In this document: piece by piece, positions 9,107 to 19,320 of the stretch | How positions within the stretch are numbered: position 1 is the first letter of the stretch | How the letters are laid out: the number at the start of each line of letters is the position of its first letter | Source: a virus | Taxonomy: Duplodnaviria > Caudoviricetes | IMG/VR virus record: IMGVR_UViG_3300028591_000210 | Coordinates: 879-64,878 of that record | Direction: 5' to 3' (one strand) | DNA length: 64,000 bases | Made by a program: the position numbers and the translations under genes | Notes under the pieces: model-generated | What the model saw: the letters and a program-made list of their open reading frames with translations, nothing else | What the model was told of the DNA's origin: nothing | The model's database searches: none

Positions 9107-9919
9107 TTAATTTTCTTTGAGTTGAACATCCAAGTCAAGCAAAGGCGTTATAACCTTGCCATATTGTTCAAGTTTAGTTTTTATAACGTCTTTAGACACT
9201 ACTGGCTCAGAGTGGAATGACACGCATAAAAACCCTAATGGCAAACCTCTCGATGTCAAATATATCATGCCTAAATACAAGCCTCCAATTCTCTCTATGT
9301 GCTTTGCGAACCCATTATCTATTTGGGCTATATCAGATATGCTACCATATACATACCCATGTTCAGCTAAGTAATGAGGATATTTGTATAATGTAAGAGG
9401 TATGTCCTGAAATTGCATTGCACACCTTTCAACATTTTTCTCTTCATTAACTTCCTCATATGACATATCAGCATATCTAAACGGTAAACCACTTGCGTTT
9501 ATTTTACCATTATGTAACTCAAATATAAAAACCCTGTCAGCATTTATTGTATAGCATAACGACTCTAATTTCTTCTGAATTTGTGGAGTTACTTTATCAG
9601 TCCTAATTCTTAAATTGGTTTCCTCATTCTCCGTATTGTTGGATTCCATATTCTGAGCCAAAGCATACATGAATTGCTCATTGTTTATTGCATTATAAGC
9701 AAATTTGAAACTTAAAAATAACAATAAAAACGATAAAATAACAACCCAAAATTTTATTATGGATTTTATTTTAGTCCCCGTGACAAACCTAAAAAAATCT
9801 TTAAACGGAGACATGTATTTACTGACTCCTGGACCTTTTTCACTAGTTTCCTTAGAAGGAGCAGAAACATTAACATTAATTATGCTCTGCCCTTTCTTAT
9901 CTTTATCAATCTTTCTCAT
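9107..9919 (-). CDS. Holin candidate (single TM plus soluble GAF-like domain, T4 gpT-like layout)
   Basis: TM segment FWVVILSFLLLFLSF followed by NADRVFIFELHNG. Confidence 0.45.
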   Translation of the reverse strand: MRKIDKDKKGQSIINVNVSAPSKETSEKGPGVSKYMSPFKDFFRFVTGTKIKSIIKFWVVILSFLLLFLSFKFAYNAINNEQFMYALAQNMESNNTENEETNLRIRTDKVTPQIQKKLESLCYTINADRVFIFELHNGKINASGLPFRYADMSYEEVNEEKNVERCAMQFQDIPLTLYKYPHYLAEHGYVYGSISDIAQIDNGFAKHIERIGGLYLGMIYLTSRGLPLGFLCVSFHSEPVVSKDVIKTKLEQYGKVITPLLDLDVQLKEN

Positions 9920-9947
9920 AATGTCTTCAAATAATTAAAAAAGGTTA

Positions 9948-10823
9948 TTATTTCATCAACTTTCTAGCCTTATTTAATATATCCGAAAACTCTTTATTTT
10001 CATTTATTCTTGATTGAGAATTTGTTGTCGTAAAATAATCTTTACTCTTATAACCATAAAGAGACTTAATCCTTTCCATCTCTTCATTAACCATAGCCTT
10101 ATTTAATTTCTTTGTCACATTGGGCTTCTTATCCGTCCACTCTACCAAATATTCATTGCCGACAGAATCCTTCATGATAAAACTCTTACCCTCTACCTTA
10201 AATTCATCAGGTACCTTTGATAGCATATGGCCCTCAGAAATAAACTGAGTGCGCTTAAATTGTATCTTACTTATCTTCTTTGACTCAAACATAGTATCAC
10301 TGTTTTTTTCTGTTTCATCCTTATATTTGCTGCTAACCAAGCCATCAGTCATGCTCCTGTCTTTCTCCTTCTTGGCATCCTTGGCGTGTTTTTCAATCTC
10401 CTTGCTTAAATTGTCAGAATCATAATAAGCGTTGCCAAATTCATCATTCTTGTGCAATTTTTCATCCTCGGCTGATACATAGCCCTTAATCTGTGATTTA
10501 ACCTTGTCCTTGAAAGGCTTTGAAATCGAATCATAATCAAGGTCTGACATGCCCCTGTTATTGGCAGGAGTAACAGCGCCAAGAGACTTCTTTTCTTGAG
10601 TTAACCCACCATCATAATCTCCAGTCTCCTTCTGAATGTCTTTATATGCTTGAGTGTTTATTTTTTTATTATCGGATGGAACATTCTTGCCAAACACCGG
10701 CTCAAATTCATTCTTCGCATCCTTAGCCTCAAGTACACTTTTCTTGGACACTGATTTAGCCTTTTCAATATTCTCTCTGATTCTTTCCTTTAAATCACCA
10801 ACTTTGTACTTTTTATATTCCAT
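9948..10823 (-). CDS. Putative head-associated protein
   Basis: 291 aa, charged, with multiple (I/L/F)xE motifs (VLE, MFE, INE). Confidence 0.6.
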   Translation of the reverse strand: MEYKKYKVGDLKERIRENIEKAKSVSKKSVLEAKDAKNEFEPVFGKNVPSDNKKINTQAYKDIQKETGDYDGGLTQEKKSLGAVTPANNRGMSDLDYDSISKPFKDKVKSQIKGYVSAEDEKLHKNDEFGNAYYDSDNLSKEIEKHAKDAKKEKDRSMTDGLVSSKYKDETEKNSDTMFESKKISKIQFKRTQFISEGHMLSKVPDEFKVEGKSFIMKDSVGNEYLVEWTDKKPNVTKKLNKAMVNEEMERIKSLYGYKSKDYFTTTNSQSRINENKEFSDILNKARKLMK

Positions 10824-10858
10824 ATTTATTTATATTTTTAAAAAAATTAATATATATC

Positions 10859-11041
10859 CTACATACATAAATAGTCCTGAGATTGAGTTAAATATAAACC
10901 ACGCAACATCTGCTCAAACATTAATTGCGTCCTCTTACCTCTATCAGTCTCTTCCCTTAATTTATCATCTATCTCCTTCACAGCACTTACAACCTTTGCA
11001 TTGTCAAAAATGCCATGCTCATCATAGTAATCTACCATCAT
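10859..11041 (-). CDS. Hypothetical protein
   Basis: 60-aa ORF in an operon. Confidence 0.55.
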   Translation of the reverse strand: MMVDYYDEHGIFDNAKVVSAVKEIDDKLREETDRGKRTQLMFEQMLRGLYLTQSQDYLCM

Positions 11042-11046
11042 CCATA

Positions 11047-11364
11047 TTACCTTTTAGGAATTGATATTGAACCACCTTTGCCATCCTTGCGCTTCATGGC
11101 AGGTCCCATATCGACATTACTTGATTGCTTTGTTACATCACCTTCAGCGCTCTTATCCTTCGGCTGATATATCTTCCTCCTCTGAACATTGCCAAAAGGA
11201 ACATCAATGTGATTCTTTTGCTGGCCACTTGGGTCTGATAAACTGCCGGCAGGAGAATTAACACTAAAACTAGAAGTGCCTCCCAAATCTTCCAATATCC
11301 TATTAACGGATTCCTTTATTATATTATGCAAATCATTTTCCGTTATCTTAATTACTTTTCCCAT
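11047..11364 (-). CDS. Putative head-internal protein with ITENDLHNIIKES leader
   Basis: Leader MGKVIKITENDLHNIIKESV; late motif at 11386-11393. Confidence 0.7.
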   Translation of the reverse strand: MGKVIKITENDLHNIIKESVNRILEDLGGTSSFSVNSPAGSLSDPSGQQKNHIDVPFGNVQRRKIYQPKDKSAEGDVTKQSSNVDMGPAMKRKDGKGGSISIPKR

Positions 11365-11405
11365 ATAAATTTAGACATTTTTTTATATAAATATCTACAA
11401 ACATC

Positions 11406-11432
11406 AAAAATGCAGCCATATGACTGCATTTT
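11406..11432. terminator. Intrinsic terminator hairpin
   Basis: aaaaatgcagccatatgactgcatttt, nearly identical to the hairpin at 44636-44663. Confidence 0.6.
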
Positions 11433-11492
11433 AAATATTTATGATGAGAAAATTTTAACCTCTCCACTTTTTATATAAAGCATAAGCATTTT

Positions 11493-11582
11493 TTAATTGC
11501 TTATCGGTGAGAGTAAAACTAATGTGTTCTTAGCTGCCTCATATTCCGCATGACTATTAAATAAACTAATATAATTTTCCAT
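11493..11582 (-). pseudogene. Truncated 29-aa remnant of a YxxLFxxxxEY...L(V)L N-terminal domain gene
   Basis: MENYISLFNSHAEYEAAKNTLVL resembles the N-terminus of the LRR gene at 49159, then stops. Confidence 0.45.
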
Positions 11583-11611
11583 AAAAAATATTAATTACAA
11601 ATATTAATTTT

Positions 11612-14260
11612 TTATTCAAAGCTAACAGTAGCTATGCCTGAAATATCAGATACGTTATTATCATGGTTAATTCCATATCCGTACATTACTTGGCTATGTT
11701 CTCCATAGTTTACGCTATTCACAGCTTCTCCGTTATACTTACAGTTTTTGAAGTTAAACTTCCAAGTTGCCAACTTGCTTGTATCTCCGTTTAATGCAGC
11801 GTCGGTTGCTGAAGGCTGATATATTATAAGTCCTGCCCATGCCCAATCGCTTACTGGAGCGTTTTCATATGTCCATTCAACGTTTTCAAAGTTAACGGTT
11901 ACTCCGGTAGCATTTGTATAGTTGGACAATCTCAGCACATTTGATTTATCAGCATCAAGGTTGAAATATGAATCCTTAATGGTTACAACGGCATCATCAT
12001 TAAAAGTATAGATATTAACTATATTATGATTTAGCTCTGTATTATCAACGGTTAAGTTGGAAACTTCATAATTGCTTGTGAAATATTCTGAAGCTGCCGT
12101 GCTTTGAGAGGACTCAAATATATTATATGCCGTTGAGCCACTTTCTATTTCAACATTTTTCAGTACAACATTTTCTGAAGATATAAGTATTCTGCCGTTT
12201 GAAGCGCCTTTATCGCCATTGACCGTCATACCGTCTATTGTAAGCTTATCGCTTGCAATTGCTTTTATATCGCCATTATTGGCATTTCCACCAACGATTG
12301 TGATGGTATTATATTTGGTATTTGATGTTAATGCCTGTATTGCTTCAGTGCTTGTCAGAACCAAGTTTGAATTTGCTGCGGCATTTTCAACGGCGCTTGC
12401 ATCGTCAGCAACAACAACGCCATTTTGTTCCTCAAGGTTTTCAATTCTTGTTAGCAATTGTGACATTATACCGTTTACCTGTTCCTGAGTATAGAAATCA
12501 GTTGGAATCTCTGTTTTATCGGCTTTTAATGCCAACTCATCATTAACATCTGCTGTTTTTGCATATATTGTCAAATCAATGGCATCAACCTTATCATCGA
12601 CGGCTTCAACCTCTGCTTTTGTTGCAAGGTTGGAAATGTCTTGATGTTCGGTTAAATAGTGTTTATCTTCCACCCATTGTTCTGTAGCATAGCCCGACAA
12701 TGACTGATGCTCTGTCAGGTATTTTGCATCACTCTCTGCCTTGGTATAAACATTGCCTCTGAGAGTCTCTAAATCGCTTGTTGAAGCCTTTGAATCTATC
12801 TCGCCTTGTAATTCTACATCCTTTGCTTTTAATGCCACTATATCGCTTTTATTTGCGCCAATATCGGCAATCATTGCTGCTGTGGCTGCGCTATCACTTG
12901 CAATATAATCTGCGATTTCTTTTAAGGTGTCATATGCTTCTGGAGCATCATCCAAAATCTTGTTTATTTCTGTTGCTACAACATCTTCTGTTTCTGCCTT
13001 TGTATAGACATCGCTTTTATTTGCTTTTGTTTCAACGAGGTCACTGATGGCGTTCTTAATTTCTTCTTCCACTGCTTCTGCTCTGCTAACCTCAGAATCT
13101 ATTGCACCGCTAAGTGCTCCTTCTTTGGCTGTTGCTCTTGTTGTTTCGCTGTCAATGAGCGTATTTAGAGAAGTTTCAGCGCTGGCTGCACGTGAAATTT
13201 CGGAAGTTAAATCACTTCTTAATGTATTTTCTGCTGTGGTTGCCCTATTTGTTTCAGCTGTTATTTTTGTTTCCAAGAGTATATCAGCATTTTCTCTATC
13301 GCGTTTTTCATCGGCGATGGCAGTTTGACGGCTTGTAATTTCGTCTGTCAATTTGCCATTAATATCATTGAATTTATATGTGACAGTTTCAGTTGAACCG
13401 GTAGCAAAACCGTTGCCAATTGTATCGTTGATGCGTTTTTCTTCTGCTTTTGCTCTTGTTTCCTCGTCATCGACATCTTGTGTTCTATTGGTGATTTCGG
13501 CTGCAATTTGTTCTGCCAAAGCTGTTTCTGCTGAAATTGCTCTGCTTTCCTCATTATCAACGTCTTGTATCCTATTGGCTGTTTCATCTGACAATTGATT
13601 TGCCAAAGCTGTTTCTGCCGAAATTGCTCTTGCTTCCTCATCATCAACATCTTGTTCTCTGTTGGAGATTTCCAATGTTAATAGCTGGTTTAAAGTATTT
13701 TCAGCATTGGTGGCTCTTGTTTCTTCTTCATTGACGGCAGCTATTCTATCGTTAACTTCCTGCTGTTCGGCTAGCATGGCTCTATTTTTCTCAACGTCTA
13801 TTGCGTCATTTACGCCATTTATTTTTAAGCCACCTTCAGAAACTGTTAAAAATCCTTCTCCACTTTTATCAATTAGAATAGAGAACTTATTGTCATCCAA
13901 TTTTAGGCCATCGCCTGCATCTTGAGAGCTTATCAGGTCATTTAAATCAATTGTTACAACGTCATCGTTATCGAATACAATAATTAATTGTTGTGTTTCA
14001 GCATCATATCTTGCTTCTTTAATTAATGTTGACGCAACTATTTCTGTCATTGGAAGTTGTGCGACAATATCGCCATTGGAGTTTTTAAACAATACTGTTT
14101 CGAGTTGTTTATCATATTCAACGCTAGTAAATGATTCCCTTGCTTGTTTTTCGTCTATTTCTCTATTTGTTGCAATTTCATCATCTATGGCGTTTCTGAT
14201 GCTGTTATAATTATTTTCATCATAGAAGCCATAAGGCTCGCACATTCTATATTTTCCCAT
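11612..14260 (-). CDS. Tail fibre/appendage-like protein: coiled-coil stalk plus C-terminal beta-helix-like domain
   Basis: ExxRAxxAExxL repeats with a 29-aa period, and an Asn/Thr/Val-rich beta C-terminus. Confidence 0.6.
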   Translation of the reverse strand: MGKYRMCEPYGFYDENNYNSIRNAIDDEIATNREIDEKQARESFTSVEYDKQLETVLFKNSNGDIVAQLPMTEIVASTLIKEARYDAETQQLIIVFDNDDVVTIDLNDLISSQDAGDGLKLDDNKFSILIDKSGEGFLTVSEGGLKINGVNDAIDVEKNRAMLAEQQEVNDRIAAVNEEETRATNAENTLNQLLTLEISNREQDVDDEEARAISAETALANQLSDETANRIQDVDNEESRAISAETALAEQIAAEITNRTQDVDDEETRAKAEEKRINDTIGNGFATGSTETVTYKFNDINGKLTDEITSRQTAIADEKRDRENADILLETKITAETNRATTAENTLRSDLTSEISRAASAETSLNTLIDSETTRATAKEGALSGAIDSEVSRAEAVEEEIKNAISDLVETKANKSDVYTKAETEDVVATEINKILDDAPEAYDTLKEIADYIASDSAATAAMIADIGANKSDIVALKAKDVELQGEIDSKASTSDLETLRGNVYTKAESDAKYLTEHQSLSGYATEQWVEDKHYLTEHQDISNLATKAEVEAVDDKVDAIDLTIYAKTADVNDELALKADKTEIPTDFYTQEQVNGIMSQLLTRIENLEEQNGVVVADDASAVENAAANSNLVLTSTEAIQALTSNTKYNTITIVGGNANNGDIKAIASDKLTIDGMTVNGDKGASNGRILISSENVVLKNVEIESGSTAYNIFESSQSTAASEYFTSNYEVSNLTVDNTELNHNIVNIYTFNDDAVVTIKDSYFNLDADKSNVLRLSNYTNATGVTVNFENVEWTYENAPVSDWAWAGLIIYQPSATDAALNGDTSKLATWKFNFKNCKYNGEAVNSVNYGEHSQVMYGYGINHDNNVSDISGIATVSFE

Positions 14261-14291
14261 TATTTATATGTTTTTTTTAAAAAAATGTTAT

Positions 14292-16748
14292 TTAATATGT
14301 TTCGTGAGTAAGTGCGCCAAGCAAGTTATTTATGCATACATATTCTCCTTCTACCCACATATATACGCTTCCGTCTTGTCTTACTTCAAGTGCATTTTTT
14401 CTGACTGAATCGCTTGTGCCTATACCAATGCTAAATATGGTACAGCCGCTAGGTATATCCATTCCCGATATTTGGTCAACCTCTTTATTGGAGATATTAT
14501 ACCTACCAATTGCAATTTCGTCTTCATTTCTTATTTGTGCACCTTTGGCTTTATGTATTGTTTCGCCTTTATATTGATGAAATTCTTTGTGCAAAACGTC
14601 CAAAATACCATTACCGGTATCATCATAATTACTAATATCTGTACCGGATACGCCTTTCAAACTTGAAATAGCATTAATCTTGGTGGTATTTTCGCTAATT
14701 GCTGTTTGCAGTTGTGTATGGCCGCTATCGCAATATAATTTCAATTCAGCCTCAAGGTAGCTATTCTTTAGGTCAGAGTATTCATTTGCCAATGTCGTTG
14801 CACTATTTACTGCTGCAATACGAGTTTCTATATCTTTAGAATCGACATATTCTTTCTTTGCATAAACGCTCTTTATTGATGAGATTTCAGAATTGATGGA
14901 ATCATCTTCTCTCATTCTTTCTGTTCTTTCTTGCGCAATTGCATTTGTATTGGCAGCTATCTCACCTGAAACGGAAGAAATCTTTGTTAATAATTCATTT
15001 CTTAATGAAGTATCGGCATTTGTTCTATCAGTTATTTCTTGATTTAACAAGCCTTCTATTCTTTCATCTTCGCTATGTCTATTTCTTTCTTCCGCATCAA
15101 TTCTATTGCCCAAGTTTGTTTCTGCAACTATGGCACGTTCTCTTTCTTCAGTAATCTTCGTGTCTATGCTTGCAGAAATAGCCGAATCACCTGCTATTCT
15201 TTCACTTGCTTCGGTTTCTATTTTGGTATTTAATGCCGTATCTGCCGATATTCTGCTTAATATTTCTTGCTCTAAACTATGGCCAATTTCAGCATCGGTT
15301 CTTTCTCTTGCGGATATTTCATCAGAAATTGCTGACCATAGCTGAGTATCAACAGCTTCAAGTTCTTGTCTATTTTGCGTTATTGCGCTCCATTGCTGTG
15401 TGTCAACATTGATAAGTTCTGCTATGACTTCAGAAATACCTGACAATTTAACGCCGTTTGGTGATACGGTTAAATATTCATCACTTGTTGGGTCAATTTT
15501 AACAGAAACCTTGCTATCATTTACTTCCAAGCCATCTGCGAATTCTGTTTCTATGATAATTTCAGAAATATCAATATAAACGATATTTTCTTCTCCGGAT
15601 GTGTTTATATAAACAATTTTAAGGAAATCGCCATGGTGTCCTTGGTCATCTTCATGGACAAATTCAATTGTTTCTATTGAACTATTCTCATAGATATTTA
15701 TTTGCTCGCCCAATTGCTCTCCAAGCTTATTTGTTAATATATAAGCTTCTTTAACATTTTCGGGTAATCCGGAAGTGATTTTTTCAATAGATGTTTCATT
15801 ATTCTCTACAATTCCCGATAATTCATTTAGATTTTCAGTTAGTAACTCTGTATCACCTGATAACGTATCAATTTTATCGTTGATGCTTTCTATTTCAGAA
15901 TCATGTTCATCCAATCTATTTTTATTTTCTTCAACGGTATCTTTTACCGTATCCAAATCACCGGATATTGTATTAACAGAAACTTCCAATTCTCCAACCT
16001 CATTTTCCAAATCATTAAATTCGTCCAAATCAGCCTTAGAATCAATTCTTTCATCAATACTTGGGTCTTCCTCTTCAGTGCCAAGTACCCTAAACACTTT
16101 TTCTACATTGTCCTCTATTGAATCAACTTTTTCAATTAAAGAACTAATATCACCAGTTAAACCACTGATTTCATTGAATCTCTCATCAACATAAGAAATA
16201 TCAGCCTTGCCACTAACAGCAGTTTCAACCTCTTCATCTGTGGCAATTTTATCACTTATGCTCAAACCCGCATCACTTAGCTGAAGTATGTTTTCACCTT
16301 CTGCTAACTTAATACTAATTGGCTTTCTGCCATTCTCGCCCTTCTCCCCAATTGCTATGCCTTGGCCGGCTTCATATAATTCTACAATGCTGTCAACATT
16401 TAATTCAATGGTGCTTGTTTCATCACCATATAATGATTTAACGTCAAACAATATTGAATTGCTCTCCTGGTCAAATCTGCAATTATAAATGTAGTCAGCA
16501 TTTGGCATATCAACCGTGGCCAATTCTGCATTATCATGTGCAACATCAACCAATGTTAATACGCCACTGTTAGAATCAAATTGAAGGCCAACGCACGCAT
16601 ACAAAGCCCCATCCTTCTCAATGGTAATTATATTACCATCTTTGTCGGATATTTTGACCTTGTATGGAGAATCAAGGGTGGACTCCAACATGTTATTTTC
16701 ACCATAGTTATAAAACTCTAGTGTGCTTGTATTAATTATATTTGACAT
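14292..16748 (-). CDS. Tail fibre/appendage-like coiled-coil protein
   Basis: Long ExxxRxxxD coiled-coil repeats; C-terminal IFSIGIG...RKNALEV motif; late motif at 16786-16793. Confidence 0.6.
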   Translation of the reverse strand: MSNIINTSTLEFYNYGENNMLESTLDSPYKVKISDKDGNIITIEKDGALYACVGLQFDSNSGVLTLVDVAHDNAELATVDMPNADYIYNCRFDQESNSILFDVKSLYGDETSTIELNVDSIVELYEAGQGIAIGEKGENGRKPISIKLAEGENILQLSDAGLSISDKIATDEEVETAVSGKADISYVDERFNEISGLTGDISSLIEKVDSIEDNVEKVFRVLGTEEEDPSIDERIDSKADLDEFNDLENEVGELEVSVNTISGDLDTVKDTVEENKNRLDEHDSEIESINDKIDTLSGDTELLTENLNELSGIVENNETSIEKITSGLPENVKEAYILTNKLGEQLGEQINIYENSSIETIEFVHEDDQGHHGDFLKIVYINTSGEENIVYIDISEIIIETEFADGLEVNDSKVSVKIDPTSDEYLTVSPNGVKLSGISEVIAELINVDTQQWSAITQNRQELEAVDTQLWSAISDEISARERTDAEIGHSLEQEILSRISADTALNTKIETEASERIAGDSAISASIDTKITEERERAIVAETNLGNRIDAEERNRHSEDERIEGLLNQEITDRTNADTSLRNELLTKISSVSGEIAANTNAIAQERTERMREDDSINSEISSIKSVYAKKEYVDSKDIETRIAAVNSATTLANEYSDLKNSYLEAELKLYCDSGHTQLQTAISENTTKINAISSLKGVSGTDISNYDDTGNGILDVLHKEFHQYKGETIHKAKGAQIRNEDEIAIGRYNISNKEVDQISGMDIPSGCTIFSIGIGTSDSVRKNALEVRQDGSVYMWVEGEYVCINNLLGALTHETY

Positions 16749-16953
16749 ATTATTGATAATATTTATATAAAATTTATGTTATACTTATAAATATTGGCAA
16801 TTATATAATAATTGACCAGCCATTGTTTGAGCATCTTTATTTTTAATTTAAATGCGATATTTATGATAAATATTTTTTAAAAAACAAAAATGGCACTAAC
16901 TATTTAAATAAACAAAATATTTAACTATATTTTATAAAAACAAACCAATAATC

Positions 16954-17214
16954 ATGGAAAATATTTATAAAATAGAACCAAATTTTAAATCAAATGATTA
17001 TATCATAAATCGTTCGGCGGGAGATATGGCCATAGTCAAGGGAATTTCAAAAAAAGGATATTATCAATTTGAAGCATATTATGATAATATGTTCAATAAA
17101 TTGAAAGATTTAAAAACATATAAATACGAACTTCAAATCAATTATCAAAAATTTTGGGATTTTTGCAATGAAAATGAAAAAAATAAAATGGATAAAATAC
17201 TAAAAGCAAAATGA
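16954..17214 (+). CDS. Hypothetical protein
   Basis: 86-aa ORF overlapping the next gene (ATGA). Confidence 0.65.
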   Translation: MENIYKIEPNFKSNDYIINRSAGDMAIVKGISKKGYYQFEAYYDNMFNKLKDLKTYKYELQINYQKFWDFCNENEKNKMDKILKAK

Positions 17215-17705
17215 AAAAACCAAGCGAAATAAAAGTTGTTAAAGCAAAAAAAGCACACTTCCTACTTCCAACATTTAAAGCAATAACATGGTTTGGCATA
17301 ATACGATGCCAAAGCAAATCAGACGTTGAACTGATTAATAAAACAGATACAATTGATGGGAAATTAAAATGCCACGAAACCATACACGTAAGACAAGCGG
17401 AAAGCAAAAAAAATTCATGGCTCCGGTTTTATTTGGCATACTTATGGCAATGGATATGCAACTTGCCACTGATGACAATAAATATATATTTTCCATATAA
17501 ATTCATACCTTTTGAATTGGAAGCATACGCAAATGAGGAAAATTATACATACCCAACAAATGGGCCATTAACACAATGGAAAAAATTTAAAAAATTAACC
17601 CTCAAAGAAAAAAGAAAATTTGCAAAACAACATAAAAAAGAATATCTGGCAAGATTTCCAAACTTTATAAGAAAAAATATAATACCATATATAGAAAACA
17701 AATGA
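17211..17705 (+). CDS. Zincin-like metallopeptidase domain protein
   Basis: HETIH (HExxH) and a downstream PFELEAY. Confidence 0.65.
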   Translation: MKKPSEIKVVKAKKAHFLLPTFKAITWFGIIRCQSKSDVELINKTDTIDGKLKCHETIHVRQAESKKNSWLRFYLAYLWQWICNLPLMTINIYFPYKFIPFELEAYANEENYTYPTNGPLTQWKKFKKLTLKEKRKFAKQHKKEYLARFPNFIRKNIIPYIENK

Positions 17706-17709
17706 TTAT

Positions 17710-18864
17710 ATGTCGTATAGCAAAGAAGAAGTAATAAAATTGTGTAAAGAAATCCATGGCGATAAATATGATTATTCTATAACTGAAGGAGTTCAAAATA
17801 AACTTGGCAAAATAAAATATATTTGCCCGGTTCATGGAGTTAGAGAACAAATACTACATAATCACTTACAGGGAAAAGGATGCCTAGAGTGCGCCAACAT
17901 AAAATATAAGCCGCACAATAAATTTACAAATGATAGCTTTCTTGAAAAAGCATCAAAAAAACATAATCTAAATGATTATGATTGGACAGATTTTGATGTA
18001 AATAAAAGAGATGAAAACGGAAAAGTTGAATTCTGTTGCAAAAAACATGGAAAATATTGGGATTGGCCAAGCAATTTTATACAAGGGCATGGATGCCATA
18101 CATGCCATGGCAGAGAAAAAAATGACGAAGAAGTAAGAGAAGAATTGTCTAAACTTCATCCGGAGTTAGATTTTTCGCAAACAAAATATTCAGAGCGAGG
18201 CAAAAATCAAAAAATTAAAGTTATTTGTCCAAAACATGGCGTACAATATATAAGCTATTACAATCTAATAAATGGACAAGGATGCTATTATTGCGGCAGA
18301 GAAAAAACTGCCATTAAAAAAACAATAACAAACGAAGAATTTATAAAAAGAGCAAAAAATATATTTGGTGATGAATATACATATGAACATTTAGATACAT
18401 ATAATCGTGATGAAGACGGAAAAGTTACAATTACTTGCAAAAAACATGGGGATTTTAAAACACTTCCGACAAATTTCTTTAAAGGCGTTGGATGCCCAAT
18501 ATGTTCAGAAAGCAGTCTTGAAAGAGAAATGAGAACATTCTTGGAAGAAAATAATATCAATTATGAATATCAATGTTCAAAAAAACGTTTTAAATGGCTG
18601 GAAAAACAAAAATTAGACTTTTATTTGCCGGATTATAATGTTGCAATTGAATGCCAAGGAGGACAGCATTTTAAACCGGTCGATAAATTCGATGGAGAAA
18701 ACGGATTTGCAAAAACAATATTATTGGATTTAACAAAAAAAGTAAAATGTAGAAAAAATAACTTACCACTATTTTATTACTCCAACGAAAAATATGATTT
18801 TCCATATGAAGTATACACAAATAAAGAACGCCTGTTAAACGAAATAAAAAAAGCAGCCACTTGA
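17710..18864 (+). CDS. Free-standing zinc-repeat endonuclease (DUF723-like plus PD-(D/E)xK-like)
   Basis: CPxHG...GC repeats and LDFYLPDYNVAIECQGGQH. Confidence 0.8.
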   Translation: MSYSKEEVIKLCKEIHGDKYDYSITEGVQNKLGKIKYICPVHGVREQILHNHLQGKGCLECANIKYKPHNKFTNDSFLEKASKKHNLNDYDWTDFDVNKRDENGKVEFCCKKHGKYWDWPSNFIQGHGCHTCHGREKNDEEVREELSKLHPELDFSQTKYSERGKNQKIKVICPKHGVQYISYYNLINGQGCYYCGREKTAIKKTITNEEFIKRAKNIFGDEYTYEHLDTYNRDEDGKVTITCKKHGDFKTLPTNFFKGVGCPICSESSLEREMRTFLEENNINYEYQCSKKRFKWLEKQKLDFYLPDYNVAIECQGGQHFKPVDKFDGENGFAKTILLDLTKKVKCRKNNLPLFYYSNEKYDFPYEVYTNKERLLNEIKKAAT

Positions 18865-18874
18865 GCTGCTTTTT
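18847..18874. terminator. Bidirectional terminator
   Basis: aaaaaagcagc cacttga gctgcttttt between convergent genes. Confidence 0.7.
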
Positions 18875-18876
18875 GT

Positions 18877-19290
18877 TTATTTCTTGCCACCTTTGCCGGT
18901 TAACAATTTATCACTGGATAAAAACACATCCTTAAAAAATGCATATATTTCACTTGATGGATGGTCAGCATATTTTTTCAAACCATCAATCGCAGTTTCC
19001 CTTATCTTTCCAACAATCGGCTCATGCTGTATTACCTCTTGAGCGTGCATTGCCTGCTCTTCGGCACTTTGTGCGGCATCTGGAGCTGTTTGCTGTTGAA
19101 CGCCATCCGGAGACATCTGGGGCTGTTTCATTGACATGCCCTCATCACCATCCATTGGCTGTTCCATTTCCATTCCTGACTCTTCCGGAGCCCCTTCTTG
19201 GCCATCAAATATATAAGCCTCGGTAAGATATTTTGATGTGTGCTTTAAATCCTTTAAAATCTCACTTATAAAATTACTACGTTTATCCAT
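18877..19290 (-). CDS. Hypothetical protein with acidic Met/Pro/Gln-rich linker
   Basis: 137-aa ORF; late motif at 19311-19318. Confidence 0.7.
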   Translation of the reverse strand: MDKRSNFISEILKDLKHTSKYLTEAYIFDGQEGAPEESGMEMEQPMDGDEGMSMKQPQMSPDGVQQQTAPDAAQSAEEQAMHAQEVIQHEPIVGKIRETAIDGLKKYADHPSSEIYAFFKDVFLSSDKLLTGKGGKK

Positions 19291-19320
19291 AAAATATATA
19301 TATTTTTAAATATAAATATC

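Noticed and set aside
15401-15410. GTGTCAAC / GTTGGCAC matches inside coding regions (also ~52515)
   Set aside because: Only 8-10 bp, within intact genes, with no GG terminus or partner; probably chance.
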